Source of the DNA: Candidatus Peregrinibacteria bacterium GW2011_GWC2_39_14
Lineage (GTDB): Bacteria; Patescibacteriota; Gracilibacteria; UBA1369; UBA12463
NCBI GenBank assembly: GCA_000993595.1
Contig: LBWJ01000009.1
Location: forward strand, 5,935 to 69,934
Length of the DNA: 64,000 nucleotides
Direction: 5' to 3'
Shown here: one piece after another, positions 9,414 to 17,868 of the stretch
How positions within the stretch are numbered: the stretch's first letter is position 1
Layout: each line of letters begins with the position of its first letter
Made by a program: the position numbers and the translations under genes
Notes under the pieces: model-generated
Database searches by the model: none
What the model saw: only the letters and a program-made list of their open reading frames with translations
Told to the model about the DNA's origin: nothing

Positions 9414-11126
9414 TTATGCGACTGCTGCCGATTCAAACGACTCTACCGCCTCTTGGTTTACAGTCGGACTATCCGCCACAATCGGCTCAACTACAACCGC
9501 CGCCTTGCTTTTTGCCGCCTTCTTTTTCCCTTCCGACATATTCTCGTTACGCATCATCCATAAGTCCAATAGCTCTTTATATGCTTCGATTTTTTCCGCA
9601 CTAAATCCAAGCTTATGCATAGCTTTTTTTATAAGTGGCCTAATTGTATCTTTCACAACCTGATCAACCCTTTGCTTATCGCATCCACATTCATACGCAA
9701 TATCGCTATTTGTTACATCTGCCCATGGCATATCATAAAGATCCAGCCTTCTTAAAAACATATACAGGTCTCTATCGTCCATATCTTCCCTGCTTAAATT
9801 TGATCTGTTCGTTGAGAACCTGTTTTTGATCATCCCCTTAACAATTCTAAGTACTTCCATAAAATTCTTGGATTCAAATCTAATCGCCACGTTCATTTCC
9901 GCCTCATTACAGCCAAGATCGCTCAACCCCTCTGATAGAATTATTCTTTCCAAGTCATGGTTTGCCGGGACATAATCGCCGCTCTCATCCTGAATCGTAT
10001 CGGATGTTGAAAATTCTCTTATATCATCGATACCTAATATCCTTTTTACGTCTTTAATGCTTCTGCCTGTCATTTCCATTATATCGCCTATTGATAGTGA
10101 CTTTCCTTCGGATTCCGCCTCTCTCATGGCTTTTTTTATACTGGCCAATAGCTCCATCTCCCAATATGGTATCCCAACCATGTGCCTGTCTCTTTCTAAA
10201 AATCTTCTTATGTAAGCCGTTATCCACCAATATGCGTATGTTGAAAATTCAGCCCTCCTCAGTTCTATTTTTTTGATCGTACGTTCTAAGCCTCTCAATC
10301 CTTCCTGAATAACGTCCCAAAATATAGCATCACCCTGACGAACTCTAAATTTATTTGCACACCAAACTACTAATCTAAAATTTCTTTTTATCAATTCATT
10401 AGTGGCTATTCTTGAGATTTCCGGGTCACTGCATTTAGCTCTAACCAGCATTCTACGCTGATCTCCACGCGATAAAGGCGAATATGCAAACAATTGATCA
10501 CCAAGGCTTACGAACGTTTTACCGTCATCTTTCAATTTAGCAACACATCCTTTCGCTTCTTCCAGCACTTCGTCCGCTGAACCTTCACCAATGCCCGCTT
10601 CCCCTTCTATATCATCGTCAATATCCCATCCATTAGCATCCACTTTTTCACATAATTTGAGCTTAGCTCGACTTTTATTTATAGCTTTTCTTTTAGTCAA
10701 CCTGTATTTGCCTTTACCGTCCGACTCCATTACTAAATCCAATTTATACAACTTGTGATGCGTAATTTTAACTAATCTTTCAAGCGCCTTCAGCAAAAAT
10801 TTTTCCATATACAATCCGTGAAAAATATAATTTACGTCCTCTAAATCAATCCATGTTTCAATTGGCGAATCAGAAAAACATCGATCTATTATTGCGTATG
10901 TCACGGTTTGTGTAGCTGTAATTTGCCTGCCCCAGCTCCTTATTTCTTCACTATTCTCAACGTCTTCCGGATTAATCAAACATGCGTGCCTCATGCAAAG
11001 TGCGATCTCTCCGTGCTTCATTCTTGTTAAAACTGTTAAATCGTGTCCATTTAAAGGCGCGGCTCTATGCACAGGATCAAATTCCTGCTCAACAAGGTCC
11101 TGCAATGCATCACGTAATGCTCTCAT
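9414..11126 (-). CDS. Divergent sigma-70-family RNA polymerase sigma factor
   Basis: 570 aa. LIKRNFRLVVWCANKF..DVIQEGLRGLERTIKKIELRRAEFSTYAYWWITAYIRRFL..VGIPYWE is colinear with RpoD regions 2.1-3.0. Region 3 and region 4.2-like segments (CDKQRVDQVVKDTIRPLIKK) follow. It has a 230-aa N-terminal extension. Confidence 0.75.
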   Translation of the reverse strand: MRALRDALQDLVEQEFDPVHRAAPLNGHDLTVLTRMKHGEIALCMRHACLINPEDVENSEEIRSWGRQITATQTVTYAIIDRCFSDSPIETWIDLEDVNYIFHGLYMEKFLLKALERLVKITHHKLYKLDLVMESDGKGKYRLTKRKAINKSRAKLKLCEKVDANGWDIDDDIEGEAGIGEGSADEVLEEAKGCVAKLKDDGKTFVSLGDQLFAYSPLSRGDQRRMLVRAKCSDPEISRIATNELIKRNFRLVVWCANKFRVRQGDAIFWDVIQEGLRGLERTIKKIELRRAEFSTYAYWWITAYIRRFLERDRHMVGIPYWEMELLASIKKAMREAESEGKSLSIGDIMEMTGRSIKDVKRILGIDDIREFSTSDTIQDESGDYVPANHDLERIILSEGLSDLGCNEAEMNVAIRFESKNFMEVLRIVKGMIKNRFSTNRSNLSREDMDDRDLYMFLRRLDLYDMPWADVTNSDIAYECGCDKQRVDQVVKDTIRPLIKKAMHKLGFSAEKIEAYKELLDLWMMRNENMSEGKKKAAKSKAAVVVEPIVADSPTVNQEAVESFESAAVA

Positions 11127-11174
11127 TTATGTGTTTTTAGCTCTAAAAATTTGCCTTTCAGCAAATTGGATATA

Positions 11175-11203
11175 ATTTAAACATAAACTTGGTTTGAAGT
11201 CAA
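11175..11203 (-). promoter_or_regulatory. Promoter candidate upstream of the sigma-like gene pair
   Basis: The minus strand reads TTGACT, 17-nt spacer, TTAAAT, about 50 nt upstream of the start at 11126. Confidence 0.3.
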
Positions 11204-11239
11204 GCTAAATAGGGTGCGGTTGTCTGAGGCGAAATTTGC

Positions 11240-11653
11240 CTACTTATTCATCTTCGCCAAAACCAATCCTCCGACGTATTCCTGAACGAAGGATGAGAGC
11301 GTCCAAGATGCGATCATAAGTAGCGAAACTTTGAAGCTTGCATATGAAATGAACATGCCCGGAAATGTTGTGACAAAGAATAATGCGAGTGAGAACATTA
11401 ATGCTCTTTTCCAGATGCTTCCTTTAAAAAGCGATTTTGTTTTGTTCCAAGTCCATGCAAATGCGATACCCATAATAAAAGGGCTGATAAAATAAAGTGA
11501 CATTAGCGGCTCTGTCCAAGCGCGGAAAACGCCGCTTGTTTCGTATTCGCTCATCAGGCCGGGAAAAACCCAGTTGAAGCCTTGATCAAAAAGCATGCCA
11601 AAAACGAGCATTGCGAGGCCGGCAAGCAGGCCCAGGAGGAAAACTTTTTTCAT
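11240..11653 (-). CDS. Small integral membrane protein, function unknown
   Basis: 137 aa with four hydrophobic helices. Confidence 0.6.
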   Translation of the reverse strand: MKKVFLLGLLAGLAMLVFGMLFDQGFNWVFPGLMSEYETSGVFRAWTEPLMSLYFISPFIMGIAFAWTWNKTKSLFKGSIWKRALMFSLALFFVTTFPGMFISYASFKVSLLMIASWTLSSFVQEYVGGLVLAKMNK

Positions 11654-11695
11654 GGGGGTGGGGTTATTTATACTGAGACAATTATAATATGGAAA

Positions 11696-12250
11696 TTATT
11701 GGGGCGCTACAAATCTCTGCAAATCGTCTATACCTATAAAGTGCCGATAATTTGCCTTTTGTATCAAAGAATACGATGGATTATCCTTGAAACTCACGAT
11801 TTCAACTGCTTTATTTTTGCGACGAACCATATCGATTGCCGGAGCCAAATCACCGTCCGAACTTACAAGAAGCGCTTTATCATAATGATTTTCGTATGCA
11901 CCTTCGACCAAATCGATTGCGATTCTAACATCTACGCCTTTTTCCGTGAAAACGTTGCCGATTCTTCTTATTCGCCCTTTTACTATATGAAATTCCGCCA
12001 CTCTTAATCTGCAAAATAATTCTTTTTGAAACCAATACAGCCTTTCACTCTTCAAATCGCCTCTCTTTTTTATAACATGCCCTATGTAATATCTGACACC
12101 CTCTAATCTCCTGTCCCCAACAAAGCTATCTATAAAAGCCTTGAAATCAAAATTTACACTACTACAATTATTTCTCTTGAGATTGTAATATAGATTTGAC
12201 CCATCTATATAAACATAAACCCTTTCTTCTTTATTCATATATTTAAACAA
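11696..12250 (-). CDS. NYN (LabA-like) domain protein
   Basis: 184 aa. VYVYIDGSNLYY at the N-terminus and GVDVRIAIDLV..LVSSDGDLAPAI follow the NYN/PIN-like acidic motif order. Confidence 0.8.
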   Translation of the reverse strand: MFKYMNKEERVYVYIDGSNLYYNLKRNNCSSVNFDFKAFIDSFVGDRRLEGVRYYIGHVIKKRGDLKSERLYWFQKELFCRLRVAEFHIVKGRIRRIGNVFTEKGVDVRIAIDLVEGAYENHYDKALLVSSDGDLAPAIDMVRRKNKAVEIVSFKDNPSYSLIQKANYRHFIGIDDLQRFVAPQ

Positions 12251-12251
12251 A

Positions 12252-12295
12252 TAAAAAACACGCCGTTGAATAACTGAGTTCTCCTAAACGGCGTG
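12252..12295 (-). terminator. Rho-independent terminator candidate
   Basis: On the minus strand, CACGCCGTT..(19-nt loop)..AACGGCGTG is followed by TTTTTT, just downstream of the 12412..12810 gene. Confidence 0.5.
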
Positions 12296-12411
12296 GGGTT
12301 TAAGTAATTTAAATGTTAGACCCGGTTTTGAGCGAAGTCAATGTTTGTCAGGAAAATGTTAGGGGAATGTTAGGTGGGGTTTTATGCGCGCTCACTCCCA
12401 CACCGCCGCCC

Positions 12412-12810
12412 CTATTCTATAATGCTTTGCGCCATCTTCCTCAACTGCTCCGGATCGTTTTTCAAATCAACGTGAACGAATTTATAGATTATTCTGCGCT
12501 CTTTCAATACGGCCATCTCGGCTTCCATAATGTAATCGTCAAACCATCGAAAGTCTTCGGTGAAGTCGATTCCGTCGGTTTTTAATGTAGTCCAAGTGGT
12601 TGGTTTTATCTTTCTGGCATAGCCTAAGGCTTTTCCGGATATTTTGCCTTTCAGATGCTCGATGACGGGTTCGGTGTCGCCGTTACAATGAGTTGTAAGC
12701 CAAAAGCAATTGTGCTCGGTGGTGACATATTCGAGGAATTCTTCAAGAAATAAGGCGGGATTGCCTTCTTTGGTTATGAGGGTGCCGTCGACGTCGAGGT
12801 AGATGTTCAT
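12412..12810 (-). CDS. Small HAD-superfamily-like protein
   Basis: 132 aa. The N-terminal MNIYLDVDGTL carries HAD motif I (DxDGT). Confidence 0.5.
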   Translation of the reverse strand: MNIYLDVDGTLITKEGNPALFLEEFLEYVTTEHNCFWLTTHCNGDTEPVIEHLKGKISGKALGYARKIKPTTWTTLKTDGIDFTEDFRWFDDYIMEAEMAVLKERRIIYKFVHVDLKNDPEQLRKMAQSIIE

Positions 12811-12824
12811 GAGGAGAGTATACG

Positions 12825-13267
12825 CTATTTCTTTTCCGGATTCTTTAAGAAGTTCTGCTTTGTTATAACAGATCGCCCCAATCTTTCTTCAAGCTTTTTG
12901 CGTGCACCGCCCGCGATATCGCCACCTGCGTGAGCATCACTCTTCAATTTTGGAATTCCTTTAGAATCTTCATTGCGATGAATTTCCGTTGTAGCACGTT
13001 CGCCAAGCATATTGAAAATTAGTTCGAAATCATTCATATGGTCGCGCAGATTCTCACGCTTAAGACCTTTCAATGTCTTATATTCACTTGGGGCAAGACC
13101 GAATGTGGCTTTTGATATTTCAGTTGTCTACAAATTGTAGATAACTGAAAATCACCCTCACTCTGCACCCTTGCCTTCATGGCTGTCCAATAAGCACTAG
13201 CTCTCTCGCTGTCGGTTAAAACCTCAATGACATCAACCACTGAAAACCACCATTTATCTTGAAATAT
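12825..13267 (-). pseudogene. Decayed Bro-N/DinD-type (antirepressor-like) gene
   Basis: One frame gives the N-terminal fragment IFQDKWWFSVVDVIEVLTDSERASAYWTAMKARVQSEGDFQLSTICRQLK. Another frame gives the C-terminal fragment ISKATFGLAPSEYKTLKGLKRENLRDHMNDFELIFNMLGE..GGDIAGGARKKLEERLGRSVI. No start codon, an internal deletion and a frameshift. Confidence 0.6.
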
Positions 13268-13294
13268 TCACAATCCTTGGAGGCAGTAATGCGC

Positions 13295-13645
13295 TTAGTT
13301 ATGGCATTTTAAATATTCCTGAATTCGCGCATCATCTTCTCTGGATTTTTGGTTTTTGAGGTAGATTTCAATGAAATCGATGCAATCTTCGCAAACACAA
13401 AAAGAGAAAACGAGCCTTGTTTTGCTTGATCCTTTCAGGCTTCTTACCATTAACCGCGTTTTGATTATTTTGATCTGCTTTCGGCTATCTTCCGTCAAAA
13501 TGACAAACCTTTTATTTTTGGAAAAGTCGACTCCCGGAATGAATTTTTCGAAATTTTTTAAATCTTGCTCCAAAGATGGTATTTTCTTTTTTAAACTTTT
13601 CAAATCCCTCAAGAAATCGTCCAAATAATTAAATTTCATCCTCAT
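13295..13645 (-). CDS. Candidate toxin partner of XRE-Panacea protein 1 (RelE/ParE-like by pattern only)
   Basis: 116 aa. It overlaps the upstream antitoxin-like gene by 17 nt. A basic beta-rich core (KTRLMVRSLKGSSKTRLVFSF..IEIYLKNQKS) resembles RelE-superfamily toxins. Confidence 0.45.
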   Translation of the reverse strand: MRMKFNYLDDFLRDLKSLKKKIPSLEQDLKNFEKFIPGVDFSKNKRFVILTEDSRKQIKIIKTRLMVRSLKGSSKTRLVFSFCVCEDCIDFIEIYLKNQKSREDDARIQEYLKCHN

Positions 13646-14351
13646 ATTGTCTTACGGAATATGGATCGTTGCGATAGAATACGCTTTCATAGCTGATCTC
13701 TTCGCCTTCTTCGTGAGTCATCCAAGGAACATCACCATGCGAATAATCGCTTAATTCTTTTGCGGATTTATCTGAGAGCCTTCCTAAAACGGAGTTAATT
13801 ATTTCGATCTCTCTGCCGTTTAATTTTGATAAATCCGTAGCGATGCGCGGTAGATATTTTCGCTGTTCGTACTTGAAATACTGGCTTTTCACCTCTTCCA
13901 GCTCCCCGATTCTTTTCATTTCTTCAACGACTTTGATGAATTCTTTTGGAGTTGGACCATGATGATTTTTTATGTATGTTAAGCCCATTAACTGCTCTTC
14001 GTATTTTTCGTAATAATCAAAATCTATGAAGTATAGAAGCTTATAAAGCACGGTTAATCCGATGTTTGGCTTACCGCCTACTTTTTCGAGTATATAAAGC
14101 AATACTTGTTTGAATTTATCGAGCTTTTTTTGCGGGATATCGATCCTCATATCGCTTTTTTCTTCGGACTTCTGGTTTTGAATCAAGCCGAATATTTCTT
14201 GAATTTTTTGTTTTTCGTCGAGCTTTAAAGGACGCGTTCCTTTTTCCAAACTGATGAGCGTCGGACGAGAGAGGTTTAGCCTTCTGGCAAGCTCTTCTTG
14301 AGACATGCCGAACTGATGGCGAAGCTCTTTGATGTTGATTGAGTTGTTCAT
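13629..14351 (-). CDS. XRE-HTH plus Panacea (DUF4065/SocA-like) antitoxin-type protein
   Basis: 240 aa. The N-terminal ELRHQFGMSQEELARRLNLSRPTLISLEKG is an XRE HTH. The C-terminal LTVLYKLLYFIDFDYYEKYEEQLMGLTYIKNHHGPTPKEF matches the Panacea domain pattern. Confidence 0.7.
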   Translation of the reverse strand: MNNSINIKELRHQFGMSQEELARRLNLSRPTLISLEKGTRPLKLDEKQKIQEIFGLIQNQKSEEKSDMRIDIPQKKLDKFKQVLLYILEKVGGKPNIGLTVLYKLLYFIDFDYYEKYEEQLMGLTYIKNHHGPTPKEFIKVVEEMKRIGELEEVKSQYFKYEQRKYLPRIATDLSKLNGREIEIINSVLGRLSDKSAKELSDYSHGDVPWMTHEEGEEISYESVFYRNDPYSVRQYEDEI

Positions 14352-14377
14352 AAAGGGGTTTTAATGAAAGCGAGGGT

Positions 14378-14406
14378 AGTATAGTCTGTGTGGAGGAAAA
14401 TGTCAA
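14378..14406 (-). promoter_or_regulatory. Sigma70-like promoter of TA module 1
   Basis: The minus strand reads TTGACA, 17-nt spacer, TATACT, about 27 nt upstream of the start at 14351. Confidence 0.5.
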
Positions 14407-14523
14407 ATTTTACAAAATATTGACAGGAAGTTGACGGGAAGTATACGCTAAGTGGAAAATACGCCTGTATCCACCCACTTTTTAACACCACTTCCTCAGC
14501 TCCGAAAACCCACTCTTCACCTG

Positions 14524-14925
14524 CTACAAAACCCACTGGGTTTCTGTGCATTTTTTGTCGCAATGGTTTTTGCTATAAACAAGCAGGATTTTTATGACGC
14601 CGGTGTTGTTACAGAGAGAAAAAACTACTCTGTTGCCTGAGGATTTGGGAGAAATGTTTGTGCCGGCGATCTTGAAGTCGTATTTGAAAATGCCGATAGA
14701 ATCTTCCTGCGAATATTTGAGCACATCAATCAAGCTTGTTTGCTGAACGAGAAAGGCTCTTTGCAAGGTATCAATAATGGTTTTTTTGGTTTCCAGCCAT
14801 TGCTTGCCTTTGTATTTTTTGCAAAAATCTCTGCAAAAATGAGATTCTGCGTACATCGAAAACTCCACTCGAAAAGCTAGGTCTTTAATAAACATTTTCC
14901 GGATCTTCGTTATTGATAAGCGCAT
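14524..14925 (-). CDS. Candidate toxin partner of XRE-Panacea protein 2
   Basis: 133 aa. It overlaps the upstream gene by 41 nt. KYDFKIAGTNISPKSSGNRVVFSLCNNTGVIKILLVYSKN resembles RelE/HigB-type toxin cores. Confidence 0.4.
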   Translation of the reverse strand: MRLSITKIRKMFIKDLAFRVEFSMYAESHFCRDFCKKYKGKQWLETKKTIIDTLQRAFLVQQTSLIDVLKYSQEDSIGIFKYDFKIAGTNISPKSSGNRVVFSLCNNTGVIKILLVYSKNHCDKKCTETQWVL

Positions 14926-15577
14926 AAGGGATGACTTCCCTATCTTTGCATATTTTCCATGGGATTTGGCGATGCGTGAAATCTACAACCTCTTGAGTGC
15001 TCGCTTTTTTCCACTTTTTACAGACAGCTTGCACGATTTTTCTTTCTTCATCGTTAAGAACCTTATCATCGGGCTCTTCGATAAGAGAAACCATAATTGC
15101 GTTTTCCTTTCTATCGACGCGGATAGACTCATCCTGATCAATGATATCAAAAAACTCAATGGCAACCGGACCTTGTGGCAATTTTTTATATTCAAAACCG
15201 GAAATAGGGTTTAAAGACTTATAATAACTGGCAAAATCGCAGAGATAAACCAATTTTGCGAGCTTGGTCTTGGTTATTTTGAAGTCCTCGCCTGATCCGT
15301 ATTTAATACATTGCAGAATTAGATTATGAAATTTATTAAAAGACTTTTCGCTGAAGCCCTGCGCGTTGATTTTTTCCGAGACTTTTAAATCCTCATCAAG
15401 GATAACCTCGACCGGAATGTCAAAAATCTCAGAAATCTTCCTCAATTCCGTTATTGTGATATCGCGTTCTCCTTTTTCTATAGCAATTAGAGTTGGACGA
15501 GACATCCCGAGCTTTTTTGATAGGTCCTCCTGTGAAAGTCCCGCGGATTTGCGTAGCTTTAAAATAAAATCTTTCAT
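14885..15577 (-). CDS. XRE-HTH plus Panacea (DUF4065-like) antitoxin-type protein, second copy
   Basis: 230 aa. LRKSAGLSQEDLSKKLGMSRPTLIAIEKGERD is the HTH. TKLAKLVYLCDFASYYKSLNPISGFEYKKLPQGPVAIEF is Panacea-like. Confidence 0.65.
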   Translation of the reverse strand: MKDFILKLRKSAGLSQEDLSKKLGMSRPTLIAIEKGERDITITELRKISEIFDIPVEVILDEDLKVSEKINAQGFSEKSFNKFHNLILQCIKYGSGEDFKITKTKLAKLVYLCDFASYYKSLNPISGFEYKKLPQGPVAIEFFDIIDQDESIRVDRKENAIMVSLIEEPDDKVLNDEERKIVQAVCKKWKKASTQEVVDFTHRQIPWKICKDREVIPYALINNEDPENVY

Positions 15578-15614
15578 TATGGTATGGGTTAAATGTGGAT
15601 TAGATATCGTCCAT

Positions 15615-15644
15615 ATTATAGTCTTACTTGAGGTAGATTGTCAA
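15615..15644 (-). promoter_or_regulatory. Sigma70-like promoter of TA module 2
   Basis: The minus strand reads TTGACA, 18-nt spacer, TATAAT, about 38 nt upstream of the start at 15577. Confidence 0.55.
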
Positions 15645-15720
15645 TGTTTTTGACTTTTTGGGGTGGGGTGGGGTGACTAGAGGGGCGTTTGTAAAAGAGT
15701 TTGACAAAATTAAAGTACTT

Positions 15721-16710
15721 TTATTTCTTCTTGGCTCGTTTCAAGAGTTTCGTCGCTTCTCTATCAAAGTCTGAAAGATAATTCTTGCCTTGGTCTTTTT
15801 TATAAATCTCATATTCGTGATCGGCCTTTTGTTCTGCGTCTTGAGCGCTGACGGCACCGGCGTTTTTCAAAACACCTTTGCCAAGAAGGGCTAAGTATTC
15901 GTCCAGCTTCTTTATCCAATCTTTCATAGTCATAGTGCGCTCACTTTTGGCTTGAATCTCGGCAAATGATAAATAAGCGTCCACGATTCGATTGAGCATT
16001 TCGAGCTCCTCTTCGTTTAAATAATTTTTCGCGATGTATATATCACGTTGAATTAGATGTAAACCTGAAAAACTTTTTAGTCCCATGAGTGGTTTTTTGT
16101 TATTCACACGTTCTGCAATGAGCTCGGCAGCGGTTTTGCCACTCACCGCAAAATGCATCTTGTTTTGAACGGTCTTAAAAAACAGCTCTGTTTCTTTTGC
16201 ATCTTTGCGATAATCAATGCTCGTTGCATATATATCAGTCACTTTTTGATATAGCATTCGCTCACTGCTACGGATATCACGAATGCGCTCTAACAATTCT
16301 TCGAAATAGCGCGACTTATAGCCTCCTTGCTTCAGCCTTATGTCGTCCATCGTAAATCCTTTCACCATATATTCTTTGAGTCGTTCTGTCGCCCACTTGC
16401 GGAACAGAATCCCACGATCGGAATTAACACGATAACCAACGGCAATAATGACCTCCAAGCTATACATCTTTGTTTTATATTTTTTACCATCCGTCGCAGT
16501 TATTAGGAAATCCCTAATAACTGAATCGATCATAAGTTCACCTGTTTTAAATATATTCGAAAGATGCTCGTTGATAGTCGGCACTGTGACGTCAAAAAGT
16601 TCCGCCATGAGCTTTTGCGTCAACCAAACGTTGTCGTGCTCAAATCGCACCTCAACTCGAGCTTTTCCGTCCTCGGTTTGATATAGAATGATTTGTGGTT
16701 TACCGTCCAT
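15721..16710 (-). CDS. RhuM-family protein
   Basis: 329 aa. LYQTEDGKARVEVRFEHDNVWLTQKLMAELFDVTVPTINEHL and IIAVGYRVNSDRGILFRKWATERLKEYMVKGF are characteristic RhuM-family blocks. Confidence 0.85.
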   Translation of the reverse strand: MDGKPQIILYQTEDGKARVEVRFEHDNVWLTQKLMAELFDVTVPTINEHLSNIFKTGELMIDSVIRDFLITATDGKKYKTKMYSLEVIIAVGYRVNSDRGILFRKWATERLKEYMVKGFTMDDIRLKQGGYKSRYFEELLERIRDIRSSERMLYQKVTDIYATSIDYRKDAKETELFFKTVQNKMHFAVSGKTAAELIAERVNNKKPLMGLKSFSGLHLIQRDIYIAKNYLNEEELEMLNRIVDAYLSFAEIQAKSERTMTMKDWIKKLDEYLALLGKGVLKNAGAVSAQDAEQKADHEYEIYKKDQGKNYLSDFDREATKLLKRAKKK

Positions 16711-16809
16711 TGTATTGAAGTTATTTCTGTGCCCGTATTATAGGTGAGCAAACGCTCACCGTCAATATTATTTCAGACGATTCTGTTGCGGAATAGTTGG
16801 GATTATTTT

Positions 16810-17053
16810 CTCAACATATTTGCAATATTCACAATCCTCCCCCGCCTTTGGGACTTTATTACTCTTGAGGCATTTGTATATATTTTTGATGGTTTTTGGA
16901 ACCCAGGAATCAGAACCTTTGTATGGGAGAAGCAATTGTGTTCGGCAGTGACGTATTCGAGGAATTCTTCAAGAAATAAGGCGGGAATGCCGTCTTTGGT
17001 TATGAGGGTGCTGCCGATGTCGAGGCAGATGTTCATGAGGAGAGTATACGCTA
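16810..17053 (-). pseudogene. Chimeric remnant: the 3' end of the Cas4-like nuclease gene fused to the 5' end of the HAD-like gene
   Basis: 16810-16932 is a near-copy of 17902-18022 and 16931-17053 is a near-copy of 12705-12827. The junction falls at a shared CAAAAGC-like microhomology. A small indel breaks the nuclease frame. Confidence 0.75.
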
Positions 17054-17101
17054 AATCAGGTTACGCCGTTGCAATAAAGAAAATAATTGGCGTGCCGGAT
17101 C

Positions 17102-17605
17102 TTATCCCTCGGGCTTAAACATTGGAGCTAAGTCAAAAACCAAAGTATTTTCATCTATAACTTTAAACCCTATGTGTTCATAGAATTTCATAGCTTTTCC
17201 GTCAATAGCGTCAACCACTAATAACCTGCATGGTAAAAATGACTTCATTAAACGTGCTATTGAAATAACGAAATTGATTGCGCAACTGCCATAACCTTGC
17301 TTGTGTTGTCCCGCGTCAATAATCAGTTGTCCAATCCTGATTGCCGGTCGTTCAAATAGCCCTCTATTTTTAGGACTACTCAAGTATTTTTGCTTTACAC
17401 TGCATAAAGATAACGCCAAATAGCCTACACATTTATCTCCAGATCTTAGCTCAAAACACTTCGAAATATACTCTTTTTGGCATTTGATAGCCTTATTTTT
17501 AAAAAAAGAATATATGTCTTTATATTCATCAGTATATTTGAAATCCGGGCTTATTAATGTCCTATCATTGAATGGAATAAAATATAACTGTTTTTCACTC
17601 TTCAT
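17102..17605 (-). CDS. GNAT-family acetyltransferase, toxin-like
   Basis: 167 aa. QHKQGYGSCAINF is the Q/RxxGxG/A acetyl-CoA motif. An 11-nt overlap with a small upstream ORF gives a TacT/TacA-like arrangement. Confidence 0.7.
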   Translation of the reverse strand: MKSEKQLYFIPFNDRTLISPDFKYTDEYKDIYSFFKNKAIKCQKEYISKCFELRSGDKCVGYLALSLCSVKQKYLSSPKNRGLFERPAIRIGQLIIDAGQHKQGYGSCAINFVISIARLMKSFLPCRLLVVDAIDGKAMKFYEHIGFKVIDENTLVFDLAPMFKPEG

Positions 17606-17783
17606 CTGCTATGAATTTCACGTTTTGATCGAATCTTCTTGAACCTTCTAATAATTTTTTCTCAAAATCATTAAGCTCTGTTCTTTCATCATTCTCTCTA
17701 AGCATTCTTTCCAGTTTACCGAATGATTTTGCGGATAATATTATTGGAGATAATGGTGATTTTGATCGTGATTTTGTTTTCAT
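17595..17783 (-). CDS. Small putative antitoxin of the GNAT toxin
   Basis: 62 aa. IILSAKSFGKLERMLREND..LNDFEKKLLEG resembles the C-terminal part of DUF1778-type antitoxins. Supported by the overlap with the GNAT gene. Confidence 0.4.
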   Translation of the reverse strand: MKTKSRSKSPLSPIILSAKSFGKLERMLRENDERTELNDFEKKLLEGSRRFDQNVKFIADEE

Positions 17784-17868
17784 ACTTCAATGGTTAACAT
17801 AATAATTTTAGCACCCTAATATTATTTGTTTAATAAATGTTATTGCTAAAAAGGAGGGAATGTTTTAA

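Noticed and set aside
12313-12585. 90-aa plus-strand ORF
   Set aside because: It overlaps the 3' end of the HAD-like gene antisense and begins in a spacer with ATGTTAG repeats. No support.
16803-17036. 77-aa ORF from the track as a real gene
   Set aside because: It is a hybrid of two partial gene copies with a frameshift. It is treated as a pseudogene remnant.
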